Shown: positions 25,301-37,557, counted from the first letter of the stretch. The stretch: DNA of 64,000 nucleotides from Trichosphaerium sp. ATCC 40318 (GCA_038496445.1 JALMLS010000414.1:1-64000), one strand, 5' to 3'. The notes: generated by a model not told the origin, from the sequence alone. Made by a program: numbers and translations.

Positions 25301-27131
25301 TTATATCTGGCCATAAAAGACATTATAAACCTATTTTTACAGTACCTATAAATGGATTAGATAGCTCCTTTGCCATTGAACATCAGAGTGCGTCTTTTTT
25401 TTTTTCAGTTTTGTTGTTCTTTCTTTCCTTTTTTCTCGTTTTGTTTGTTGTTTTCTGACTTTCTTTGTAGCATTTGCAACATTACAAACATCAGATCCAC
25501 AGCGTAAACATACAGATTCTTCATCTAAATATGCTTCTGGGTCAGTATCTCCTGGTGTGTTATCACAATCTGGTTCTGGTTTGGGTACTGATTCGGGCTC
25601 AGATTCGAGCTCTGATTCTGATGTACAGATTGTACCATTTGATCCAAGGATAGAGCCTGTTATTGATACAGGATTATCACGTGCTCAAAGTGGTACGTCA
25701 TCAAAATATTTTAGTTACTTAGACCGGAGCTGCTTAATGTTCATTTTTTTTCTTTTTTTTTTTTGGATCTGTTCCTTCGCTTATACCTATTTTTTAGTAC
25801 CTGTTAAAAGTCGCATGTTGATAGATGTTGGTAGAAATACAGATTTAGTAAGAAGTACACCTAAAGAGACAGTAACAAGGACGCCTACTATGAATAGTGC
25901 GCATTCTTTACAATGATTTATATTTCCTATTTTTTTCTTAATTCTGACAAATCCTAACCACATACACGTGTTTTATCATTTAATTTCAAGACCCCTTTTT
26001 ATTGATTAACTTCTATTTTAGAGAGACATCACAGAAATAGATCACAATCACAAGTACCACGTCCTACAATTACAATGCAACAAAGAAGTAGACCAACGAG
26101 TCCAAGAGACATTGTTCGTGCTGTTTCTACCAATAATAGACAGAGAACACGTGCCAAGTCGATGAGGCGTCCTAAACGGGTTTTATCTAACCCTTTCGTT
26201 GATGAATTATCTAAAACACCTACACAACAACGTGCTATTGGGTACGACTCAAATCAACTTCAACAACCTTTTCTAAAACCTGCTTGTAATTTTTTTCTTT
26301 TTGTGTTCATGTAGCATGAGACCACGTTTTTTCACTTTAAATATGTTGGTGTTGAATAATATCTCTTTACTTTTTTTGGAAGGGCCTTGATGACGCTCAA
26401 AAAAAGCGATTAAAAACTTTAGGGCAGTTTTCTTTTTTTTTCAATTAGCGATTTTTGTCTTGTTTGCTAAGCAGAATATTAGGTCTACACCTCAAGCAAT
26501 GTATTCTCCTATTACAACAAAAGCTGTACCAGATGTATCTGGCACTAATCCTTTTGATTTTGGATCGACAAAGCAAAGCAAAGGTATGACCACGCATAGT
26601 TTTTTATGAAAACGATTTTTCGTGTTCACAGAATTCTTCGCTAATAATCACCTTTGTAGTAAATACGTCTGTTGCAAGCCCTGGTTCAAGAAGCTTAGCG
26701 CATTCTAGGCAATCGAGTACATTATCTAATCCATTCTTACCTATCCTTGGTACGTGTCCGCTGACTTATCAACCTTTTTTTTTTTCAGTTGTATTTTTTT
26801 ACAAACAGCATTTTTCTGAAAAGACAAAGTTCTTGAATTTTGAAAACAATACTTTTTTGATACTGATACATTGTTGTTGATTCATTGACATATCAATCAA
26901 ATTCTATTTTTTCGTTTGCTTTGATGAAATTGCCAAAACTTTTTTTTTTTTGGTCTTTGTATTTATTTTTTTTGTTTAGAGGAAGATACACGAAAGGCTT
27001 CTTTTAGTGAAGTTGGAAATACATCTCCAACAGCATTGCATAATTCTAGTAATAGTATATCATCCCTAAGCTCAACAATATCAGCAAGTCGCCAAGATAT
27101 TGACGCATGGTTTGATCCTTTATTTCAATGA
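22364..27131 (+). CDS. C2-domain plus arrestin-fold protein with long S/T/R-rich tail containing NPF motifs
   Basis: C2: FVQVVEGEGF...PDLYAVV...ATD|VVPKTLAPKW. Arrestin-N: YHPGEVVSG...AGLHQWTFQFKLPLRTPPSFRSPHGRITYSL. Arrestin-C: YPSI...HIEYFLIV. Tail has SNPF, TNPF, SNPF and ends WFDPLFQ*. Confidence 0.8.
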
Positions 27132-27684
27132 AAACTTGAAAAAAAAACCACATATTTTGTGTTTTTTTAACAAGCTACGTTTGCCGTCACCTCAAAATAT
27201 TAATTGTACATATAAATAAAAATAAGTTGTAAAGCATATTGGTACTTTTTTCGGTTTAGCCTCCTTCCATAAACCTACAGCACTCACCAAATATATGTAT
27301 CTTTTTAAACTGCCAACCAATTTGTAGCAAGCATGTGATTTTCTGTTTATAGGCATGTCTAAGTACTGTGTGAAGATACACTAACATCATAGCTTGCAGA
27401 GCTGCAAAAGGTTACATCACAAACCATCTCAAGTCAAACTCAGTGTACTTTTTATTTTGATTAAAAAATGGTACATAATCGTTTAAATATTACTTGTACA
27501 TCAGTGAGGAAAGCGGTTACCGGTAACATGTTGCAGTATCCATGACGTGGGTCCGTGCAAGGACTAATGGTAGTGATTCTAGAAACGTGGTTCAAAAGAT
27601 GACAACAGCATTTGATACTAAAGTTGCTTTACAATAAAAAACTAGGTTCAACCTTTATTTGTTTTTTCATCGTTTCTCTAAAGT

Positions 27685-28572
27685 TTATTGATTGCGATCC
27701 TCAAACATGTACTCAACACTCATAGTATCACCAATTAATTTTAGAAGTTCTTTATCTTCTGGTGTATATTCCTCGACTACCTGAAATATATCTTCACCAA
27801 AATATTCAGGACACACTTGCAGATATGTATCGCTTTCAGTAAAATCTTTCAAAAATTCTAACCATGCTGGTTTATTGTTCTTGAGTGTATTTCCAGTAAA
27901 TACTACCCCTATCATTGGACGTATAACATCAGATGGAGGGTGGTCCATGCGAGCGTTAATATAAAACCCCTCTTCCATGAATGACGCTGCTTTATCCCAT
28001 GTATTGAGCAAAACCAAGAATGCATCATGGTACTTTTTATCAAGAAGTACTTTCTCCAAGAAAGTATGAACAGCATCAATGTGAGTAGAAACGAGTGCAT
28101 TGAATTCCTCAACAATTTTCTGCTGTTGGTTAGTAATATCCAGAGCTGCTAAGCTAGTATGTGATACAGAACAAAGATATTCGATGGTATACTCCATCAA
28201 GAAACCAGTATGACGCATTAAATCAATAAAAACACACTCTGTGAAACATTTTTGCTTCCACGTGAGTGACAAGTCCAATCTTCTTGGATTTTGTGGATTT
28301 TGGTTGAAAAATGGCGGATAGAAATATCCACTTGTGTAGTCGGAGTTTTCCAGGTTGTAATGGATACTATAAACCTCACGCCATAGTACATCATCTTTAG
28401 CAACTGCGTGCCATTGTTTACACACTGATAGGTTATGTAGGCTTCGTAGAGCAACAATTATGACTTTTCCAGTTGCTACCTCTTTAAAAATGAGGTAAAT
28501 GATCTCAACAGGTAAGTTCGCAATTGTGGTGGTCTTTAGAAGTGAATTATTTAAAGGACGTGTTTGTGCCAT
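27685..28572 (-). CDS. Intronless F-box protein, paralogue 2 (295 aa)
   Basis: Aligns end to end with 16149-17030. Confidence 0.85.
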   Translation of the reverse strand: MAQTRPLNNSLLKTTTIANLPVEIIYLIFKEVATGKVIIVALRSLHNLSVCKQWHAVAKDDVLWREVYSIHYNLENSDYTSGYFYPPFFNQNPQNPRRLDLSLTWKQKCFTECVFIDLMRHTGFLMEYTIEYLCSVSHTSLAALDITNQQQKIVEEFNALVSTHIDAVHTFLEKVLLDKKYHDAFLVLLNTWDKAASFMEEGFYINARMDHPPSDVIRPMIGVVFTGNTLKNNKPAWLEFLKDFTESDTYLQVCPEYFGEDIFQVVEEYTPEDKELLKLIGDTMSVEYMFEDRNQ

Positions 28573-29017
28573 GACGTGGTGGCAACAAACAGGCTGTGAA
28601 ATGGATTTAAGTCAAACAATGTGAAATTGATTAAGTTAAAAAGCAATCAGTGAAAATAGATTTACAATACTTGACTTTTTTTACAAGAAATTCGACTTCT
28701 ATTCAGCTTTACAGTACAATAAATTATGATCACATAAACCCAGTGTATGCGTGGTAGATTGTAAATTGAAATGGAGGTATAACAGATTGTTCTGTTACAC
28801 GTGTACATTGTAATTCAATCTCATATGCATCTGCTAGTACGGCACCTTACGCCACTCTCTAAACTTGCTTGGTAAGAACATTGAGGATATTGCAATGTTA
28901 TTCAGGCCGCTGTCAAGCCAGACGAGTACTGGCTACCTCATCAAACCCACAAGACGGGAGTCCGACAACCTAACACCAACACCCATCAACCCTTTCAAAA
29001 ACAAATGAATCCATACT

Positions 29018-29130
29018 GTATCATTCAAGTTTGCAAAACTTTGTACCTTTTTACCGTCTGTAACTGTTGGTTTTCGTTTTTAGTCAGATCTTACAGATCG
29101 TGCAAGTTCTGTTAGTTCTTGCAAGATCTA
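29018..29130. repeat. Dispersed repeat of about 110 bp; inverted diverged copy at about 59522-59630
   Basis: gtatcattcaagtttgc...ttggttttcgt...tctgttagttcttgcaagatct matches the reverse complement of 59522-59630. Confidence 0.7.
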
Positions 29131-30318
29131 TCAAGAACTACAAGATTAGTTCTGGAAAAAAACAAACACGCACATATTATTGCAACACCACGTGTTTTAA
29201 CCACCATTATATTTTGTTTGGTATGTTAACTTATGTAGTTCTGTCGATCTCTAAGGTCCAACAATTGTCTCCTACACTCTAAAACGTATTATTACGCTAT
29301 GTAAATACCGTACTCAGCGCAAGATACTTTGGAAGCGGTTGTAATTTTCTTGAGGTTTTAACGTTAGACGACAACCTAGGTTAGAACCAACAAGAGACAG
29401 AGTAAGCAACAAGATAGATTTGGAGGAAGACTAACGTCTCGGTGGCTCAAACGCAACACACGAGTAAGGATTTATATCTTGTACATGTGCTATTTATGCA
29501 AAAAAATGGATCGACAAATTCAGTTTTCAATAAATACAGGTTTTATGGATCAGAAAAAGTCCCTTTTTCAAGGGCGGAAAGTGGGATGATTGTTGCTTGC
29601 CATCTGTTGATCTGTGCGTGCCGGTTGCGGTAATGTCAGATTATGGTTGGTCAGATAGTTTCTTCAAACGCCTGGAATTCCAGCGGAATATACAGACATT
29701 TTCTCACGGTTAATACTTCTCTATGCGCCTGAATGTGCCAGCATTCGCGGGTGGTGTGCACCACCCATTAGACATGTATCAAGCGTTGTGATTAGTGGTT
29801 TTGCAAACCAGTTAAGCGAACATACTCAAATGTGGTTGTCGACAATAGCTTGTATGCCTTTGTTTGAGAATAGACTGGTCAATATAAACAGTTTAATGAA
29901 AGTATGTTTCAAAACATAGCTCCTGATTAGTAGCAAGCATGTACATTCTTATCCTACAAGAGTACTTAATGAGAATAAATCAATACACGAGCATGAGAAA
30001 ATCACATGCTAAAAATTGACTTAATCCGCGTCAACACGTGCCATAAGGAGAAAGCCAATAAGCATTACAATATCTCAAATCTCTTGCAAGACTGTACATG
30101 CTCATAATAACTGCTACATGAGAGGTGCTAGTTTCCACCACGGCTTTACTTTTTTTGCAAAACATTGTTTTTATTGTCTCACTTTGTTTTACTTGGATCT
30201 TTAGGGAACTAAGAAACGTTTATTATCTTCTAAAGTAAACCAAGTTGATCTCATAGTTGCTAACATCTTCTCCATGGAGGATCAGTCTATGTTTAGTTTT
30301 TTGATTGTGATGAGTACA

Positions 30319-31194
30319 TTATTGATTGCGATCCTCAAACATGTACTCAACACTCATAGTATCACCAATTAATTTTAGAAGTTCTGTATCTTCTGGTGTA
30401 TATTCATCGACTACCTTAAACATATATTCACCATAATCATCAGGATGCATGTAAAGATATGAATTGTTTGCTGCAGTATAATCTTTCAAAAACTCTAACC
30501 ATGCTGGTTTATTGTTCTTGAGTGTATTTCCAGTAAATACTACCCCTACCATTGGACGTATAACATCAGATGGAGGGTGGTCCATACGAGAGTCATAAAA
30601 AAACCCATGATTTTCCATGAATGACGCTGATTTGTCCCATGTATCGTACAAAACCAAGAATGCATCATGGTACTTTTTATCAAGAAGTACTTTCTCCAAG
30701 AAAGTATGAACAGCATCAATGTGAGTAGAAACGAGTGCATTGAATTCCTCGATAACATCTTGCTGGTAGTTAAGAAAGCTATCTACTGCAGAACAAAGAT
30801 ATTCCATGGTGTAGTACATCAAGAAACCACTACATCGCATTTTGTCAATAAAGACACACTCTGTGAAACATTTTTGCTTCCACGTGAGTGACAAGTCCAA
30901 TCTTCTTGGATTTTGTGGATTTTGGTTGAAAAATGGCGGATAGAAACATCCAGTTGTGTATTCGGAGTTTTCCAGGTTGTAATGGATACTGTAAACCTCG
31001 CGCCATAGTAAATCATCTGTAGCAATCGTGTGCCATTGTTTACACACTGATAGGTTATGTAGGCTTCGTAGAGCAACAATTACGACTTTTCCAGTTGCTA
31101 CCTCTTTAAAAATGAGGTAAATGATCTCAACAGGTAAGTGAGTAATTGTGGTGGTCTTTAAAAGTGAATTGTTTAAAGGACGCGTTTGTGCCAT
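30319..31194 (-). CDS. Intronless F-box protein, paralogue 3 (291 aa)
   Basis: Aligns end to end with paralogues 1 and 2. Confidence 0.85.
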   Translation of the reverse strand: MAQTRPLNNSLLKTTTITHLPVEIIYLIFKEVATGKVVIVALRSLHNLSVCKQWHTIATDDLLWREVYSIHYNLENSEYTTGCFYPPFFNQNPQNPRRLDLSLTWKQKCFTECVFIDKMRCSGFLMYYTMEYLCSAVDSFLNYQQDVIEEFNALVSTHIDAVHTFLEKVLLDKKYHDAFLVLYDTWDKSASFMENHGFFYDSRMDHPPSDVIRPMVGVVFTGNTLKNNKPAWLEFLKDYTAANNSYLYMHPDDYGEYMFKVVDEYTPEDTELLKLIGDTMSVEYMFEDRNQ

Positions 31195-31833
31195 GACTTG
31201 CCTTCTTTGTTCTGTGTGGTGCTTCTTTGTAAAACAATCAGTGAAATGGATTAAAGTTAAACAGTGAATATTGATTCAAGTTAAAGAGCACAGTAAAACA
31301 ATCAGTGAAAATGGTTTTACAACCGACTTTTTAAACAAGAAATTCGACTTCTCTTAAGCTTTACAGTACAATAAATTATGATCATATATTGTCAGCATGT
31401 GCATGGTAGAGTGTAAATTCAAAAGGAGATATCGGCAGTTGAGATCAAAGCTCATCTACTAACTTGTCTACCCACGTGCAGATAAATTTAAAACGTTGTG
31501 GTAGTGTATTTGTGGTACATACAAAAGGCTCTTGACTGTGGAACGTAAATGTAGGAAGGAAATTACAGTCAATACAACAGTTGAAAGGGTATCAGTTTCC
31601 ACGCTTTTAAACAAACTAAGCTCATTAATAATGAAATTCTTTGTTTGCTATTTCTAGCCCTCATTGCGAACAGCGTACTTTTCAGCTATTTTTTAGTGTC
31701 TTTATCCTCGCTTCATAAACCACGTGTTATCTGTTTATGTCAATAACAAAGGATCAACTTGTCTCAGTAGTACCTTTATTCTAAATAGATATTTTATTAA
31801 AGGCACCTACAAGGCGTATGTTCAAAGCAGAAT

Positions 31834-32985
31834 TTACAGCCTCTGAGAAAGTGAGAAAGGAATTTTCTTCTCAACAGGTTCTCCAAACATATTCCATCTT
31901 TTGGTTTTACTGCTCTTCTTATCATCAATAAAAGTATTTGTTAACCTGAGTTGTCCATTAGGATGCCACACTCTATGACTACCGTTCTTTTTGTCATTAG
32001 CATAGGTAGTTTCTGACTTGGTTTGTCCATTCTCATACCAACTCTTTAGTTGCCCGTGTTTCTTACCATCAACAAATGGAACTTCTATTTCAAGTTGTCC
32101 ATTCTCATACCACTGTTTGTGATCACCGTTTTCCAAACCATTAACATATGTTGAATGCATCTCGAGTTGTCCATTATCATACCACTGATTAATCTCACCT
32201 TGTTGTTTACCATTTACAAACCAAGTTTCCATACTCTGCTGCCCATTTTCGTGCCACTCATTTACCTTGCCATCCTCTAACCCTTCATTATACATACGCT
32301 GTATCTTCAACTGTCCATCTATGTACCACTCCTTAACCACTCCATTTTCTTTACCTTCTTTATATTCGGTTTGCATTTGGACTTGTCCATTCTCGTGCCA
32401 TGCAGTATAACCGCCATTCTTCTTGTCATCCATATAATTACTATCTACCTTAAGTTGTCCACTCTCATACCAACACTTCACTTTACCGTTCACTCTATCA
32501 TCAACATACATGCTCTCAACTCTCATTTGTCCGTTGCTAAACCAATTGGTTTGCTTGCCGTTTTTCTTTCCATTGACAAGTGTGCTTTGCGAAAGAAGCT
32601 GTCCGTTTTCATACCAACAGTGGCGTATGCCGTTCTCCTCACCGTCAATATACATGCACTGAACAGCGAGTTGTCCGTTGGCATGCCATTCCTTGAACTC
32701 ACCGTTTTCTGTCCCATCACGCATCATAGTTTGGGACACCAATTGTCCGTCGTTATTCCAGAAGAGCCACAAACCTTTTTTTTTGAGATTTGTGTCGAAA
32801 TGAGTGTTGGTAGCTGCTTTTTTCGAAAGAGAATGGAACTTATTGAATGTTTCAGCAGTAAATGTGCATAAATAAAGTTGAATATCTTTAGGAAGATCTA
32901 ACAGAGTCCGATTAACGGTGTTTGTTCTGTGGAGTCTTAATTTAGACTCTTTTGTTTGCATCGTGGCCTGATTAAAGAACCTCAT
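31834..32985 (-). CDS. Intronless F-box-like plus MORN-variant (MORN_2/YwqK-like) repeat protein (383 aa)
   Basis: LLDLPKDIQLYLCTF at the N-terminus followed by about 12 repeats of 24 aa, G-x-x-K-x-W-Y/H-E-N-G-Q-L. Confidence 0.85.
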   Translation of the reverse strand: MRFFNQATMQTKESKLRLHRTNTVNRTLLDLPKDIQLYLCTFTAETFNKFHSLSKKAATNTHFDTNLKKKGLWLFWNNDGQLVSQTMMRDGTENGEFKEWHANGQLAVQCMYIDGEENGIRHCWYENGQLLSQSTLVNGKKNGKQTNWFSNGQMRVESMYVDDRVNGKVKCWYESGQLKVDSNYMDDKKNGGYTAWHENGQVQMQTEYKEGKENGVVKEWYIDGQLKIQRMYNEGLEDGKVNEWHENGQQSMETWFVNGKQQGEINQWYDNGQLEMHSTYVNGLENGDHKQWYENGQLEIEVPFVDGKKHGQLKSWYENGQTKSETTYANDKKNGSHRVWHPNGQLRLTNTFIDDKKSSKTKRWNMFGEPVEKKIPFSLSQRL

Positions 32986-33395
32986 ACAAGTTAACCAGTG
33001 AATGCTGCAGGTGTGTTTGTTTAATCAAAAAATATCATAGGCACACCTGTAGTGATTTAGAAAAACATTTTTGCAGCGTGAAATGTTGTACACGTGATGT
33101 GGCTTTTCTTTTAACTGCCGTTTAAGTCACTGGAAAATATGCAAAAATCCAGCACCCCCACTATTACGCCAAAGGGTATTTGCGGTACATTTGTCTGTTT
33201 AGCACTTGTAGTGAATTATGTTTTTTCGCATTCCAAACCTTTGATATAGTGGTTTACCAACGACAAATAATAGTTTGATGACAAATAAGTGAGTACTTTT
33301 TTTTATTTTACATTGCAAAAGAGACAGTACAAAGCTGTAGGACCTTTGAGTTGCTCTACCTATAGGTTACTCAACAAGATTTTGTGGAACATCTA

Positions 33396-33647
33396 TCAGG
33401 TGCAGTGATTATTAAGTTTAAAACAACAAAGGCTAAGTAGTAAAAACACTAGTTTAAGCAGGATTGTAAACTTGAGTGTTCTCCAATTCAGTGTTTTCTC
33501 TATACCGTTTACGTACTGACAAGCTGCCATCAGAATCCAACGTTTGTATTCACCGTGCTTACAGCCACTAACAATGGTACCACTCATATGGGTGACTTGC
33601 TTTTCATAAAGCAATTGACCAACAGAAGTACTTGTAATAAAATCCAT
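33396..33647 (-). pseudogene. Degenerate MORN-repeat fragment
   Basis: SGTIVSGCKHGEYKRW...CQYVNG resembles the neighbouring MORN repeats; no full gene. Confidence 0.4.
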
Positions 33648-33777
33648 TCAAACACACAGTACTTTTGTCTATGAAGCTTCGCAAGTGCCACACGGTCAAA
33701 AAGCTGTTGATGAGATGGCGTTTTTAGAAGTGAGAAAAGTAGTATTTGCGGAAATTGATGTTTATTAACAACTCAAC

Positions 33778-34703
33778 TTAGTCAGTAAGTACTTTAAGAA
33801 CACGAGCAGTAACAATAAGTCTTCCTCTCTCAAACTGCCTACAATAGTTGTTTCGAAGAGGGAGTGTACAAGCTGCACAGCTGAAAGTTTGAGCGTTTAA
33901 ATCAGCAGAGCCAGGTAGTCCCAGGTCACCGTACTATGCCTGTATTAATATAAACTTTATAATAAAAGAGTATCAATCATACGCTTTTCAAGTGGCTAAT
34001 ATTGCTAATCACACCAGTTGGTGATATTGATATACAAACTGTATAATTGAGATGACTATCACTAGTATACATAACGTCAAAAATGATTAGCCATGAATTT
34101 TTCTCGCTTATTTCTTCCTGATGCAATGCACTTTCAAGCTTAGAAACACGTGATGATAATTGTTTTATCAATTCACATTGCTCAGCGGATATTTTGCTTA
34201 ATCTTCTTATTAATTCATCTGTATCAGCAGGTATACTTGTTAATATCAAAGTAAACGACTCAGTTACCACATGCTTTAAACTGCACTTTAACAATAAACT
34301 AGCACCCTTGAAGTCACGTGTCAGTTAATCTTACTGCCGTTTTTTCTCAGTAGTACCTGCTGTTCAACAGAAAGAGTTGATTCAGTGAGAGATGTATCAA
34401 CAGCACTCTCAAGGAACTTACAAAGAATGCCACCAGTTCTTTAGTCGTTTAATTAAAAAACACAAAAAGACTTCTCGTACTTGATGACATGATCTGTTTC
34501 AGCTCGTAATTGTTCCAGTGTGAATACAGCCTTGTATTGTTCCATCGTACTTGAAGACAATCAGTATTATCCGGTTTTACACTTTTTTTTTTGTAGCCGC
34601 ACGTGTCATTGGTAGCTATGATAGTTACAGCGTTGTTGCTGTCTTTTACAGATATTTCGAACGGTTTAATAGTGAACGAAACTGTTTGGTGTTCTTCTGC
34701 CAT
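33778..34703 (-). CDS. Spliced gene with XRCC4/SAS-6/CCDC61-like head, short coiled coil and Cys-containing C-terminal domain (paralogue A)
   Basis: MAEEHQTVSFTIKPFEISVK...IIATNDT|TMEQYKAVFTLEQLRAET...|TGGILCKFLESAVD...FTLILTSIP...LSSRVSKLE...|FSCAACTLPLRNNYCRQFE...VLTD*. Paralogue at 58411-59290 supports the exons; the fold call is by resemblance only. Confidence 0.6.
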
Positions 34704-35034
34704 GTGTACGCGTCTGTCTTCGAAGATTGAATTATTCGTCAGCAGGAACTGTACTTTGGTTTTAAGTTAGTAGCTAAAGAAATACAACTTAATGACATCT
34801 TTTAATTCTCTTTCGTCTTGTAGTTGTCGTTGATGTGGATGCAGGATTTTGTTATTGAGTTTGAGGAAACGTTGTATGCGAGCTCCCAAAGCGTTCTTTT
34901 TTGAACATACAGAACTATGACTGTATTCTTCAACAGCTGACAAACGGTAGAGCTTGGGAATAGATCTCATCTAAAGTGAAAACTGTTGTGACTATATATT
35001 CCAAGTCGAGATATCTTGCATCTGTTACAACTTA

Positions 35035-35223
35035 GTGGTACTGGTGGAATGTGAACGCAACTTTATAAAGAGTACACTACATTTCCGTGGTCAGGTTTAT
35101 GGTTACCTAAAGATATGGGATATGAATGGTACTTTATTTGTGAGATATTATGTTTATTTAATGTCGTTCAGGAACCTATTGTCATTTACACTGAGTGTTA
35201 AAGTGGACCAGGAAGAAAGCTAA
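35035..35223 (+). pseudogene. Possible degenerate MORN-repeat fragment
   Basis: FRGQVYGYLKIWDMNGTL resembles one MORN-variant unit. Confidence 0.3.
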
Positions 35224-36183
35224 ATTGCACTGTGATTGAAATGAAATGCCTATCAGAATTTGAAGTTTCTACAAAGGGAGGATTTGTGTTGACTTTGCGC
35301 TAAATGAAAAACAGTCAAGTCTTTTTAAACTGGCATGAAGTTACTCACAGCATTAATACTTACTTTAAATACTTGTTTATTAGGTCATTAGAAATACAAC
35401 CATAACAACACTTCTTAACAATGCCATACCTTTTGAGTTTGGTGATGTCGATAAAGTAATTTCTAAATCAACAGCAATTTTCTACTAGATATTCTTTCTG
35501 TTTTTTTGCTTGCTACATCGTTGGCATGGATTTTTATAATGCCAAGGTTAAAATTATCCAAATCAAATACTGTAACGCAAAGCGCTGGACGCAATATCGC
35601 CACAGAGGTGCAACCAAATAGTAACGAAGAACTTGGTATGAGTGAGGAAGTTGAAGACAAAGTTGACAGCTTGAAGTGATCACCATTCACCTTTCACCTA
35701 AAAAAAAAACCGCAAAGTAGTCCAATAACTAATCTATTCTAAAAAATTCTCAGGCTATAGCTGATTGAACCTCAACAGTGGTATTCCCATGTTCTAATCA
35801 TAATAATAGTTTACATAAACTTACAATAGTACTCTTCAGAGTTCACCAATACAATACAAGGCTTAGCATACTGAAACCTGCCATTATTTTACAACTGCTA
35901 TTGCTAAAAATGTACTCTTCTCATCTGACTGATTGAAAGAGAAAGAATGCACTTTCAATACCTTGTTCATGTAAAATCGATAGTACTTCAATACTGGATG
36001 GACAATTGATCTTGTCATCAGCCCCAAAAAGGTAGCAGTGATCAAGATACCACTCAAAGGGGCTTGTGAGGGCAATTTTTCAAAAAGAAATGACACGGGA
36101 CGTTTGAAGGCACAGTGGGAAGATACTGGTTTTTGCACTGACACTTGTGTACAACTATACACCATTCAGTTATGCCAACAAAC

Positions 36184-37072
36184 ATGATGTACAGCAACGC
36201 TTTGATTATTGGTATTTTATGTTGTATTTCAGTTCAGCATCTTGTACTTTCACAAAGTGAGTGATGGTTGTAAACGTATTCCCTCCAATAACCTTTCTTT
36301 AGGTTATCCCACTCCTTTCTGCGCATCTGAATACTGGTCAAAATGGTAGGTTAGAAGCTGCGCTTTCAGTATATTTTAACGGTTTAAACAAAACAGGCTC
36401 AATGCAGACACCCCTACTGGGAATGGCGAGTATGAGACACCAAATAATCATAGACTCATAAACAGTGGTCAACTATGTAAGTTCATTCTTTTACTAATCA
36501 CACTAACATAAAAAGGTCCTGATGGTTACAAAGCCACAAATGTTCAATGTGTGCATTATACCTCTGGAACAGATTGGAGAGCATACACAAACTATGTTTT
36601 TAGATCCCGATGTACATTGGCAGGCGGATTACAGTGCAGGCATAGTGATAATTCAGAGACATGTCCAGATATGAAAGTGAGATACTGTTGCGAACCTGTT
36701 CCTTGCAATGGAAAGTGGAGTCAATGGTACTTTGTTTTTTCAAAACTGATTTGTCACCTCTGTACAACTTCTCATCTTCTTTTGAGGTACAATGACGACC
36801 GACCATATGGCAGTGGCGAATATGAATCTACATACAACCACAAGCGATTCCATGGAGGAAATGTATGCCCAAATAACTACAATGCAAAGCCTCCTACAGG
36901 TGCTCAATGTGTGTCTGTTGCAAGTGAACAAAATTGGTCAAACATTCCACGTGTGACTTATAGAGTACCATGTACGCCTACTGGAGGATTGGAATGTATT
37001 AGAAGTGAAAATGGTAGAAATGGCTTTATGTGCCCTGATATGAAAGTCCGATACTGTTGTCAAGCCGACTAG
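36184..37072 (+). CDS. Small secreted protein made of two mucin CysD (Mucin2_WxxW) domains
   Basis: Signal MMYSNALIIGILCCISVQHLVLSQ; two units WSKW/WSQW-x-N-x-D-x-P-x-G-x-GEYE...C...QC...C...GGL(Q/E)C...CPDMKVRYCC. Confidence 0.85.
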
Positions 37073-37557
37073 TCAATAAAGTACTAAGTTTCCCTTCAAT
37101 AGTTTGTCTTTCTGTTTTTAAATCGTTCAGTTCCTGTATTCAAAAGCGTACCAATCCCACAACGTCACTACCTAGTCAAAAAAAAGCAGCTAAAAGCGTA
37201 CATTCAAAATGAAACTTCAAGCTGCTTTGATAGCTCATCCCTTCATAACCTTGTATTTTTGGTGAATGACTAGCGTTTCAGCTTTCAGAAACCGAAAATC
37301 GATCAAAGCGCTCCTCAAACTCAAGTAAATTAGCGAGTATCTCTGCTGGGCTATGTAATAGCTTTTGTATCGTTCATTTGTTCTTTGCAACCTTACCATT
37401 GCTTTGTTTTACAGTCAAAGGCTTACGAAAAGCGAGAATAAAATAAGTGGTTATTATTGGAATAAGGAAGGCGAGTTGTTTGTGTCACGTGATTAATTTA
37501 TTTGACCGTTACATACGTATGTAGTTGTCAACATCACTTTGAGCGGCACTTACAAGT

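Noticed and set aside
26424-26482. Sixth GC-AG intron in the arrestin gene
   Set aside because: A GT donor 3 nt downstream gives the same phase, so it is ambiguous
31834-32985. Bacterial YwqK antitoxin / toxin-antitoxin system
   Set aside because: The similarity reflects generic MORN-variant repeats; there is no toxin partner, the context is eukaryotic and the N-terminus is F-box-like
33716-33830. Plus-strand F-box-like relic (MAFLEVRKVVF...LVSKYF)
   Set aside because: It overlaps the conserved last exon of the minus-strand gene, which the 58411 paralogue confirms
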